From contig JAAOMT010000436.1 in NCBI GenBank assembly GCA_016748015.1, positions 238,703-302,702 on the forward strand: a stretch of DNA of 64,000 nucleotides, in the 5' to 3' direction. The DNA is from Geosiphon pyriformis uo1. Taxonomy: Eukaryota > Fungi > Glomeromycota. The notes beneath the pieces were generated by a model. The model was not told the origin of the DNA, did not search any database, and was given only the letters and a program-made list of their open reading frames with translations. Of the stretch, positions 53,001 to 64,000 are shown piece after piece. The position numbers and the translations under genes are program-made. The first letter of the stretch is position 1. Every line of letters starts with the position of its first letter.

Positions 53001-54390
53001 ATGTTGATAGCTGTTGATACTTAATTACACTAAAACAATAGCTTTTAATCATGACTATTAACAGAATACTAACTTAATTGTTTTGGCTTAATTTTTTTAT
53101 TTTTTTTATTTTTTTTTGTTTGTTTCTTGTTGTTTACTAATTGATTAAAAATCAATATGCAGAATTATTAACATCAAAAGAATTGGTAAAAGATCTGTAA
53201 AACAAAAATAAAACACTTATAGAATTGAGAATAGCTTACCAGAAGGATTACTGGCCACTGTTACAGGTGATTATTTGGAGTCTTAAATTAAATAACAAAC
53301 TCATAATTTGGTGCTCAATTTATATAATGTTGCTGGTAATATCTGAAGGTGTTATTTGTCTGAAGGTTTTGGTTAAGTCTTTTGTATAATGGACAAAAAT
53401 TCCAATATGGTTTTCTTTTAATGGAGTTTTAAGTATCAACCCATGGGTTAAAGTAATTGTTGTTTATTGCTTCTCAAAATTACAATTCTGTTAATTCTTA
53501 TCTCAGTGTGATGGCCAGCAATTTTCTGGTAAACTATTCTCAAATCTGAGTATCTACTTTTATTTCTGGGTCTTTTACTAGTGCTATATCCTGACATTAA
53601 TAACTCAGTGCTTAATTCTTTTAATCAATTTAGTGAACAACAAAAGAAAATAAAAGAAAATAAAGAAAATAAAAGAAAATAAAGAAATAAAGAAAATAAA
53701 ATAAGAAATAGTGTCCTGTCAATAGCTGTAATCAAGAGCTATTGTGTCAGCAGGTTAAGTAATAGATAATAACATGAATTTAAGAATAATAGATAATTTT
53801 ATTAATATGGGAGTGATTTTATTTCAAGTTATAGTATTCTATCTTTTGAAGAAAGGGTATTTAATAATTATGACTTACAAGTCTAATTGACTCTGAGAGT
53901 CTTATTGACTCTCAGTCTTCTTAACTTTGAGCCTAATTGACTAATTTTCTAGCTTTTAATATTACTGCTATATATACATAAATTTATGTTCTACAAGATT
54001 GCTCACATTTCCAAGCAATATGCTATGATTTTTTGAGCAATGTGTTCACATGCTAACTACTACTCCCTTATTGGTCTATTATTTTCTATATCAGTTTTTC
54101 TTTATAAGTAATATTATCTCCTCCTTTTAATATTGAGCTTCATCGAAATCTTTTAAATCTCTCTTTTGTATTAATGTTGTTGCTGTAATTTCTATTGCTA
54201 TTTGTAAATCTAATTTTATACGTGACTAGGGTTTTTAACTATAGTGGTCTGTTCAAAATATCCATATTCAAATTTTGCATCTGTATTATGTGTATGTTCA
54301 GACATAATGCCTTCATTATTATCACTGAATTTAGTTAATTCTTGCTTTATTGTAAGATCTAAAAGCATGATATATTATTTGGTATTTAAG

Positions 54391-54586
54391 GTGGAGTTTG
54401 AATTGTTGTTGGTGGAGTTTAAATTATTGCTGTTATTAGTGGAATTTAAATCATTGTTGTCATTAGCAGAGGTTGAATCATTGTTGTCATTAGTGAAGTT
54501 TGAATTATTGTTGTCATCAGTGGAGTTTGAATTATTGCTGTCATTAGTGAAGTTTGAATTGTTGTTGTTATCAGTGGAGTTTGAAT
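54391..54586. repeat. 27-bp tandem repeat, about 7 copies (encodes NSTNDNNNS-like units on - strand)
   Basis: Unit GTGGAGTTTGAATTATTGCTGTCATTA. Confidence 0.85.
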
Positions 54587-54859
54587 CAGAATTTAGTTCC
54601 GATTTCGATTCCCATTTGTTTTCATTGATTGGCTTTTCTTCAAATATATGACACATGGGAGTGGATTGTAACTACATCCTAATATTCTGACTTAGGGCTG
54701 TCAGGTGAGTTTTGCTGATTTATTGGTACTGTGAGAATTAGGTTTTATTGGGCTATCAGAGGTAAGTTTCCTTGTATGATAACAGAGTTTGGAATTTATC
54801 AGACTTTGAATGTTTGTGTTTTTGAATAATTCCCAGAGTTTGAATTGCTAGAAGTTTAA

Positions 54860-55410
54860 CAAGTTTTATCAATGATAAGTTTTTTTGTGTGATAGTGAAG
54901 TTGAAATTATTGGGTTTCAAATGTTCAGAGTTTTAACAATCAGATCTTGAATAATCAGAGTTTTAATTTAATGAGTTTTTAACAAATTTATCAAAGGTAA
55001 GTTTCAAATGTTCAGAGTTTTAATAATTAGGTTTTGAATAAACAGAGTTTTAATTTAACAAGTTTTAACAAATTTATTAACAGTATGTTTCGAATGTTTG
55101 GGGTTTTAATGATTGGGTCTAGAATAATTGAAGTTTTAATTTAACAAGTTTTTAATGAATTTATCAATGATAAGTTTCGAATGTTTGGAGTTTTAATGAT
55201 CAGATTTTTGAATAATCAGAGTTTTAATTTAACAAGTTTTTAATGAGTTTATTAATGGTAATTTTTGATTGTTCAGAGTTTTAATGATTGGGTTTTAAAT
55301 AATCAGAGTTTTAATTTAATGAGTTTATCAAAGATAAGTTTTAAATGTTTGGGGTTTTAATGATTGGGTTTTGAATAATCAGAGTTTAAATTTAACAATT
55401 TTTTATTAAA
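54860..55410. repeat. ~87-bp tandem repeat, about 6 copies
   Basis: ATAATCAGAGTTTTAATTTAA-like anchor at 54951, 55038, 55124, 55212, 55299 and 55375. Confidence 0.85.
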
Positions 55411-58400
55411 GGTAATGGTAAAATAAGAATTTTGTAAATCCTAAATGATTTTTCCTTGTTTTCTCTTGGTCTGCCACTTTCCTGCATGGTTGTTGTTGAT
55501 ACTGATTCTCTGTTGGATTATACCTCACAGGAAGCACTAAATGTTATAAGTGATTATTTGGGGTCTCAAATCAAATAACAAACTTGTAACTTGGTGTTTA
55601 ATTAATATAATATTGTTGGTAATATCTGAAGGTGTTGTTTGTCTGAAGGTTTTAGTTGAGTTCTTTGTATAATAAACAGAAATTCTAATGTGGTTTTCTT
55701 TTAATGGAGTTTCAACCCACAGGTTAAAGTAGTTGTTGTCTGTCACTTCCCAGAATTGTAATTCCATTAATTCTTTTCTTGATGTGATAGCCGGCAATCT
55801 CCTGGTAAGCTATCTTTAAATCTGAGTGTTTACTCTTATTTCTGGGTCTTTTACCAGTACTATATCCTGATGTTAGTAACTCAGCACTTAATCCTTTTAA
55901 TCAATTTAGTGAACAACAAAAGAAAAGAAAATAAAAGAAAGAAAATAAAAGAAAAGAAAAAAAGAAAAAAAAGAAAATAAGAAATAATGTCTTGTTAATA
56001 GCCATAATCAAGAGCTATTGTGCCAACAGATTAAGTAATAGATAATAGTATGGATTTAAGGATAATAGATAATTTTATTAATATAAAAGTGATTTTATTT
56101 CAAGTTATAGTATTCTATTTTTTGAAGGAAGAGTATTTAATAATTATAACTTACAAGTCTAATTGACTCTGAGAGTCCTACTAACTCTTAGTCTTCTTAA
56201 CTTTAAGTTTAATTAACTGATTTTTTAACTTCTAATACTACTGCTATATATACATAAATTTATGTTCTACAAAATTACTTATATTTCTGAGCAATGTATT
56301 ATAATTTTTTGAGCAATATTCATATTGCTGAGCAATGTGCTCTAATTTTCTAATATTACTTCATATTGTTAAGCAATGTGCTGTAATTTCTGATATTGCT
56401 TTACATTTTTGAGCAATGTGCTCACGTGCTAACTACTACTCTCTTATTGGTCTACTATTTTTTATATCTGTTTTTTTTTATGAGTAATATCACTATGCTA
56501 AGAAAAAAAATTAACAGAATTATGATTCTGGAAGACTATTGAAACAATCATTGAATTTTTGTTCATTATACAAAGAACTCAACCAAAACCTTCAGATCAC
56601 TACAACTTTCAGATATTACCATCATAATCAGCTATTAAGCATTAAGTTATAGGTTTGTTATTTGTTTTGAGACCCTAAATAATCACTTGTAACATTTGAT
56701 GCTCTCTGTAAGATATAATCTTACAAAAAATCAGCACCAATACACAATTAGTTAAAAGTGGCAGAATTAGAAATAATAGGGACAAACCATTTAGGATTTG
56801 CCAAATCCTTATTTTAACACTATAGCCAAAACTTGAAATTAAACAACAACTATTATCCAGCAGAATCAGTCTTTAACTTTTATGTTAATAAAAGAATCAA
56901 AAATTTTCTAGGAGAACCAGTTAACATCAAAGCAGCAAGAAAAAATTTCTACACAGAATTAATTCAACATATTAACTTATCACAAAATCACAGTTTTGTA
57001 CCAATTATCTATAAGATCAATTAAGAAATTAAGAGGTACACTCAATGACAATTTCCCATTACCTATATAAATAAAGACAAAGGAAAACTACAAATATCAG
57101 CAATAATACTCAAAGAAATACAACCATTCACTTAAAAAAAAACCAAAGTTGAGTTACTAATCAATCTATTATACTACTATACATCTGGAAGTGCCATCAA
57201 TATCAAATGTAAAATCATCATTAGTTTAACTTCCATTCCAAAATAAACAAAAGAAAACAGAGTTATTGAGAACTTATGATGATTACTTTGAAAGATTCAA
57301 ATCATGATCATCAATATTATCAAGATTTTGATTACTATTACCTCAACCAAATTTCAAAACCATAAGTTCTTGAAAAGTAATGGAATCAGAAGAAGAGAAA
57401 AATGATTATCAGGAATTTAATTATCAAAACCCAATTGTAAAAAATCCAAAAATTGAAACTCCGAATATTCAAACTCAGTAAAATCAGAATAATTCCAAAC
57501 CCAATACTATTAATTAATACTTATCTCTAGTAATTGTAATTAATCAACCACTAATTAAACTGATAGCTGAACCACTATAATAGCCAATACAACCTCAATA
57601 ACCACTATAATAATAACAACCACTACAATTACAACAATAGCCACACCAATCTATAATTACTCCAATGGCATATGCACCTATTGCTAAGCTTGAGAAGTTT
57701 ACTGGTGAAGAAGATGATGCTCAAGCCTGGTTAAATGATATTATCAAAGTCATTACAGCCAATAATTGGGATGATGCCAGAGTTTTTTAAGTAATTCTTT
57801 ATTTCTTACAAGATATCACTGACTTATGATATTAAAGTCTTGCTCAGAAACCTTAAATGTTCAATGAATTCAAAATTATTTCTTTGAGATATTTTAGCAA
57901 TAATAATAGTATCAATTGCTTAACAACTGCCTTTATCATATTAAACAAAGAAAAACAGAAGCAGTTACCACTTACTTAAAATGCTTTTATTGTAATCTAT
58001 GCCAAATTCAAGCTATTGATGCTGACTATTTTACTCCACCACAAATTTTGAATCAATTCATCAGAGGCCTGTGCAGCAGCATCCTCCAATGAATACATCT
58101 ATTGTATTTGACAGACCTTCAAGCCACAGTCACCCACACTAAAGATTTTAAAGCAGCTGAACTCAAAGCTAATCATGCTCAAGCTGTTAATCTAGTAATG
58201 AATAGATTATTTAACTTGGACTCTAAATTAAAACAATTCAGTAATTTTATCAACCAGAAAATCAAAAAATACTTAGTTAACAATTAGGCAATTTATTAAT
58301 CTTTACAAAGATGCTATAATTAAGAAAACACAAATCACTTCCAAAATCAATCACATCTATTATTATTAACAAAAGACATGTGCTTACCACTACTATGATA

Positions 58401-58429
58401 AACAGAGACACTTAAAAATAGATTGCTAA

Positions 58430-61400
58430 TATTACAGGTGTTTATTTGGAATCTCAAATCAAATAACAAATTTATAACTTGGTGCTAATAGCTAATATGA
58501 TTAGTATTATCTGAAAGTTTTAGTGATCTGAAGGTTTTGTGGTTAAGTTTTTTGTATAATAGACAGAAATTCAGTTGTGATTTTGTTGTAGCTTTCCAGA
58601 ATTGCAATTCCGTCCAATTTTTTTCTCAGCTTAATGGCCAGTTTTATTCTAACAGTTGTGCTCTTCTGATAAGCTATCCATTAATATATATATAATGTTA
58701 CCCTTATTTTTGGGTCTTTTACCAGACTATCTGTGACATTAATAACTTAGTATTTAATTCTTAATCAGTTAGTCAACAACAAAATAATAAAAAAAAAAAG
58801 AAAAATACAATAGAAAATAAAGAAATAAGCCAAGGCAATAAATATTAGTATTCCATCAATAGCCATAATCAAGAGCTATTGTTTTAGTATGATCAAATAT
58901 GGGTTACTATCAACATGAAATGTTGATAGTAAAGAGTGAATTGAGATAGCAAATAGTTATTTATTGATATTTATAACTTGGAAGATTGCTTAGATGAAAT
59001 TTAAACTAAGAGGTCTGTTTTTTCTACTTTTAGCACTACTACTATATATACATAATTAAGATTCCTTAATTCCTCAATTTTTTACACCAGAAATTCTAGA
59101 ATTCCTGCAATTCTGCAATTTCTTTAAGAAGAATCCCAGAATTCTGGAATCCTGTGATTTCTTATATGAGAATTCTAAAATTTCTGGAATCCTGCAATTC
59201 TTTTAAGAAGAATTCTGGAATTCTACATTTACTACATCTACTTCTGATTGGCTAATTTATATACTAATATACTTTTTATATTCTATGAATAACATTATTT
59301 CTTCTTTTTAATATTGAACTTTGTTGAAATCTTTTAATTCTAACTCTCCATTTTTGAGCATTTCTTGAACTTTTTTTTTGAAAATTACTTGTGTTATCTT
59401 GTTCTGTAATTCTTTAATTGAGCATTGGTTATTTTTCTCATTTGGTTAATGGCAATAGTATCTATTGTTAGATTGAGTAAAATTTCTGGTCAGTCTTGAA
59501 ATTCAACTTGTAATTAATAAATGGCTTATATTTATGTAGTTAGATTGTTCTTTTCCACAAATTGTTTAAGTTGTTGTAATATTTCTGGATCGAATAATCA
59601 TTTTGTTTTATCCATATATAAGTTCTGAATATTTAAGTATTGTCCCAAGTGGAAATAACAAAAGTTCTTTGGAAGTTCTTATATCCACTACTTCCAAGTT
59701 TTTTTGGTCAATTTTTAATATGGAGTGACTCTTGTTGGCTCTTCTATTGTCAATTTTATTTTTAAGATTATTTTGTTGATAATATTCTCTGGTTTCTGTA
59801 CTTTGTATGAGGTTATCTTTCTGGTATCTTTGTATCAAATGGTTTGTTGGTTGATAATAATTTCTATATTTTGTTGTTGAATCAGTTAGAAGAGTTATTG
59901 TGCTAGCAAATAAATATCATCAGTAATTTTCATTTTTTCTGATATCTTCTGTTATGTCTATCACGTTTTTATATATTTTTTTGGTCAATTAATTTGATGT
60001 GTTTATGTCGATAATGATGATTGGTTCTAGATCTCATGGAATTTTATCTGGTCAGACTAGTATTTATTGTATTCTCAATTGTAGAATATTATTGGTAGAT
60101 AATAATACTATATGGTAATATGGTTTTAGTCAATTATTATGTGCTGCTTTGATTAAAATTTTGTTGTCCCATCTTAATTTATAAGCTCCATTTTCTAGAA
60201 TTTTTTCAATGTGAAATGGTTTATTCTATTTGGGATCAAATTTTCTATTCCATTGTTTTTCCACTTTGGTATAATGTAAAAGTACTTTGTTTTCAATCTT
60301 AAATTCAACTGGTTTATTTGGTAATTGGTTATCATGTCTATTTTTTTGTTTTTTTGTGACTTCTGGATTTTATCAGCTGCTCTTTGCTGTTTGTTTTCTA
60401 GTGTTTCTATTAGGTTATATGTTCTTTTCAACAATGTTTCTTGAAAATTTTCTTCTGTTATTGGTTTTGTTGGATATGTTTTGACTTCTATTTTAACTGG
60501 TACTGTTGCTGTTTTACCATATACTAATTCAAATAATGTTGTTTGTATAGTGTCTTGCTTCATTGTCCAATAAGCAAATAATACTAATGGTATAAATAAA
60601 TCTTATTTATTCTGGTTTTTTTGGCTGATCTTGGCTATTGTTTTATATAGTATTCTGTTAAACTTTTCAATTAACTCATTTGTTTATAAATGATATGATA
60701 ATGATAATGGTCTTTTTATCCCAAATCTTTGACTTAATTCTACCAATGTTCTATTCACAAAGTGAATTTCTTGATCTGATAATAATTTTTTTAAACATCT
60801 GTGTTAACAGATCAAATCTTGATAAACAAATTCAGCAACAGATTCTGCATTTGCTCTTTGAATGGCTTTTGCTTCTAACCACTTAGTAAAATAGTCTATG
60901 ACTATTGCAATATAGCTGTTTTCTTTGCTGGTTATTGTTAATAATTCAACTAAGTTAATTCCAATGTAATCAAATAGTTATCCCACTTTGATTGATTTTA
61001 ATGGCTCATTGGGTTTTGTTCCTCTTCTTTTCTGACAAGCATCACAATTTTGAACATATTAGATGATATTTGAATACATAGATGGCCAATAATATTTTTT
61101 TCTGGTTTTTCTATGGTTGCTTCTTTATAGAAATGTCCTGCTGTCGAATTTAAGAACATATTGAATAGTATTGTTTCTTTTTCTGGCTCCATAATTACTT
61201 TGGTTGGTTGATTTGGATCTCTTCTATTCTTCTAGTAAAGTATATTTTGATGAGTGATAAAATATTTTGATTGTTGTTTTATGTTGTTTTGTTCTTTTTA
61301 AGATAATTTTTTCTTGAACTGTTGGGTATTTATATAATACTGAAATTGTTAATATTTTTGTGTGTTCATTTTTTGTTATATTTTTGTGTTGCAAAGTTCA

Positions 61401-61970
61401 AATTTTGTTATAATTTGGGTTAAAATGTTTAGATTTGTTTTATTCATAACAATTTATTGGCATTTATATTCTTTTTTCTCTTTTTATAGTGTACTGTAAA
61501 AGTGTATAATAATAGTGCTATTTTTCATCTTGCATGTTAATTGTCTTCAAATTCTTGTTTTTGGATTAAAGTCAATCTTTTGTGATCAGTATGCACTTCA
61601 AATTTCTGGCTTAAGTATTTTTTTCATTTCATAACTGTCCAATAAATTGCTAAGTGTTCTAATGCCAGTATTTTATAATTTTTTTCAGCTGGTATTAAGT
61701 TTTGGCTGACATATGCTATTGAATATTCTTTTCCATCTGGTTTTTTTTGTGATAGTATTGCTCTCAATGCTTTGATTTGATGCATCAATAGTAATGATAA
61801 ATAATTTGCTATGATCTGAATAGATTAGTACTGGAGTCTGAATAAGCTTTTTTCTTAATGTGTTAAAAGCTTTTTGTTGTATTTTAGTTCATTCATATTT
61901 AATATTTTTGGTTTGTAGATAATACAATGATTGAGCCAGTTTGAAAAAGTTTTTGATAAAATGATAATAG
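58430..61970 (-). mobile_element. Element E: 3' part of a degraded Gypsy (3' LTR 58430-59294, ORF3 ~59308-59964, integrase 59989-61369, RNase H/RT end), interrupted by F
   Basis: LTR related to D, PPT at 59295-59310, and integrase and RNase H motifs with many stops. Confidence 0.85.
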
Positions 61971-64000
61971 TGTTACGGTTGAAACCCATAGTTTTTATTA
62001 GTTATCACATGTATTAGCCACTGATGTTATATAATTAGCCACCCTATTTTTAGATAGTAATCATTGACCTGATCAATGACCTGATTGTTGACCTAATCAT
62101 TAATCTGATCATTGACCTGATCATTGATCTGGTTGTTGACCACTTTAGATAGCTATATAAGCGATGATTCCCTTAGCTGTAAAAAAACATGATCAAAGTA
62201 ATGAAATAAACAATATCAATTACTTCCTCTTATAATCGCTTATTCCCCTTTCTTTACCTTCAAATATCTACTTGTTGGTATTTATCTTTTCCCCTTCTTG
62301 ATTTGTATTTGTTAGAATTAGCCTAAAAAGCAATTGGCTTGTTCTTGTAATTCATTAAATAAAGAAATAATTAAAAAGTACAACAATACCTGTTATTGAT
62401 TCTAAGAATCACTGAGTTAAGACATAGAATAATAGCAGTGGTGTTATCTTGTTGACAATCACGGACTATTCCTCTACCTTCAGATTTAAGAAAAGATTAG
62501 CGACTGTGATTTTTATGAGACTGATCATGCATATTGAATTCCTACTTATTCAATTCGCTCCCTTATTGTAATTCCCTCTTTGTTTATTTCCATCACCATA
62601 CAATACTGTTCTTCCTTGCTATCCATTAGCTTGTTACTCCAACCCATAAAATAAAAGTGGTGCTTTCTGTGAGATTGTCAAAATTCACTTATTCCCTCAT
62701 TGTATGGGTAATTACTCATATCTGCCACAGCAATCAAAAGAACACTTTATAACACACAACAGAAATGATCTAAATTTCATTGAACTTAATCCTCTGCCCT
62801 CCTGCTTGATCTGTTTCCCCCTTGAAGAACAATCCAGTAGACAATTCCAAGACTTTTGGAACTGGTTTCTGAACGAGCATTCAGCTGAAACCTACACAGC
62901 TTATACGACCTATTACTTTGACCAAGCTTATTTTGAAAATGACTTTGAAGAAAGAAACAACAGTATCAATCAACTCTTATATTCTGCAACTTTTGAACAA
63001 CAGCCTCCTGATTTCGAATATCTGAATCATCAAATCCATATTTGGATTGCTGCCCATCAAGCAACTGAAACTCTTTTTGAAATAGAAAAAGAAAGTTACC
63101 AAACTGCTCCTGTTTTTAATCTTTTATCAAGTGAATTAGACTCGTCTACACAAACAGTTACTCCTGAACCAATGGCTAATAACCCCATGCAAGCAAACAT
63201 TCTGGCTGCCCTCCAAGGTATACAAACTGCTCTAGGAAGAAGAAACAATACACCACTACCACTATTTAGAGGTGATGCCCAAGATCCAATTGAATAGTTG
63301 GATGATTTTGAGAGAGCTGCCACAGCCAACCAGTATGATGAAAAATACAAGTTCCAAATCATTGGTGGCTACCTCCAAGGCTCTCTTGCTACCTGGTTTT
63401 CACAAGAAACAGATGCCAATACTCAACACAGAATAATCAGATTGACACCAATCAATGCTAAAGAAAAAAATACCTCTTTCACTACCTGATTTGAGGCCAA
63501 GTTCAGAACCCCAATATTAATATCCAAATGGTGCATGGAATTGGAAAAAAGAACCCAAGGCTCTGGAGAAGTAGTGACTGAATATGCCAAGGCTATTAGA
63601 AAGCTAATCAAACATGTAGACTCTGAGAGAAATTAGACAGAAGAGCAGAAAATTCACTCTTTCACAAAAGAATTGAAAACTGATCTATCATATGCTCTTT
63701 GGCTCCTTCTGGCCCTGAAAGATAATTCCACCATAGATATGGCCATTGAATTAGCACAAAAAATTGAAGATAACCAAAGGATGCACTTGGAATTCACACT
63801 ACCAGTTTTTGCTCCTGCTCCTGTTATGACTCCTGCCCCTCAAATGGCTGCTACTTCTTTTGCCACTCACACTCAAAATCCAAATGAACAGTTAATAAAC
63901 AGATTCACAGCAAATCTTGCCCGGTTATTAGAACCCTTAGCCCAAGCAGTCAGAGAAAATCAACAACCCCAAAGACCCAGATTTGAACCACACTTTAATC
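61971..64000 (+). mobile_element. Element F: 5' LTR (61971-~62651), PBS and gag of another LTR retrotransposon, running off the window
   Basis: TGTTACGGTTG start, TATA box at about 62154, PBS TGGTGCTTTCTGTGAG (62658-62673), gag PLFRGDAQDPIE*LDDFERAATANQY. Confidence 0.88.
62060..62143 (+). repeat. 12-bp tandem repeat (ATCATTGACCTG, about 7 copies) in U3 of element F, just upstream of the TATA box
   Basis: Directly visible tandem array. Confidence 0.85.

Larger units (their letters stand above)
53259..56489 (-). mobile_element. Element G: non-autonomous internally deleted LTR element (LTRs 53259-54113 and 55542-56489; 1.43-kb interior)
   Basis: Paired LTRs, TSD CCAC/TCAC, PBS TAGTGCTTCCTGTGAG and PPT at 54114-54130; no RT or integrase. 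Confidence 0.88.
52550..58429 (+). mobile_element. Element D: Gypsy 5' LTR (52550-53258 + 56494-56694), PBS and degraded gag up to the zinc knuckle; interrupted by G and E
   Basis: TGTTAC start and GTAACA end at 56694, PBS TGATGCTCTCTGTAAG, gag MAYAPIAKLEKFTGEEDDAQAWL. The LTR is related to that of E. Confidence 0.85.

Noticed and set aside
54244-54651. 135-aa Leu-rich + strand ORF
   Set aside because: It is the antisense reading of the 27-bp repeat.
54860-55410. CRISPR-like array
   Set aside because: Units are homologous along their whole length with no unique spacers, the array sits inside an LTR element, and no cas genes are present.

Overview
Eukaryotic, most likely fungal, nuclear DNA. 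The intron style and TE landscape resemble an early-diverging, Glomeromycotina-like fungus; this is inference. Bases 1-10 kb are a compact housekeeping block: TRM61/GCD14 (partial), PGK1, TTI2 and RPS3. RPS3 intron 1 carries a box C/D snoRNA resembling snR48/U60. Between TTI2 and RPS3 lies a decayed IS607-type element with serine-recombinase TnpA and TnpB/Fanzor2 remnants, and a Tn5/Nextera adapter artefact sits at 3580-3598. Bases 10-64 kb are a gene-free nest of retroelements up to four levels deep: three APE-RT-RNaseH LINEs, an older AT-eroded LINE relic, and six Ty3/Gypsy elements or derivatives plus a solo LTR, all with TGTTAC..GTAACA-type ends and 4-bp TSDs where checkable. The main discovery is the layout of these Gypsy elements. 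A single-frame gag-protease-Cys-rich-dUTPase-RT-RNaseH polyprotein is visible in two elements. In three elements it stops exactly four codons after the RNase H LSR motif, is followed by a separate integrase ORF in the -1 frame, and then by a conserved ~220-aa ORF3 of unknown function in the env position. All copies are pseudogenised, mostly by C>T/G>A changes.
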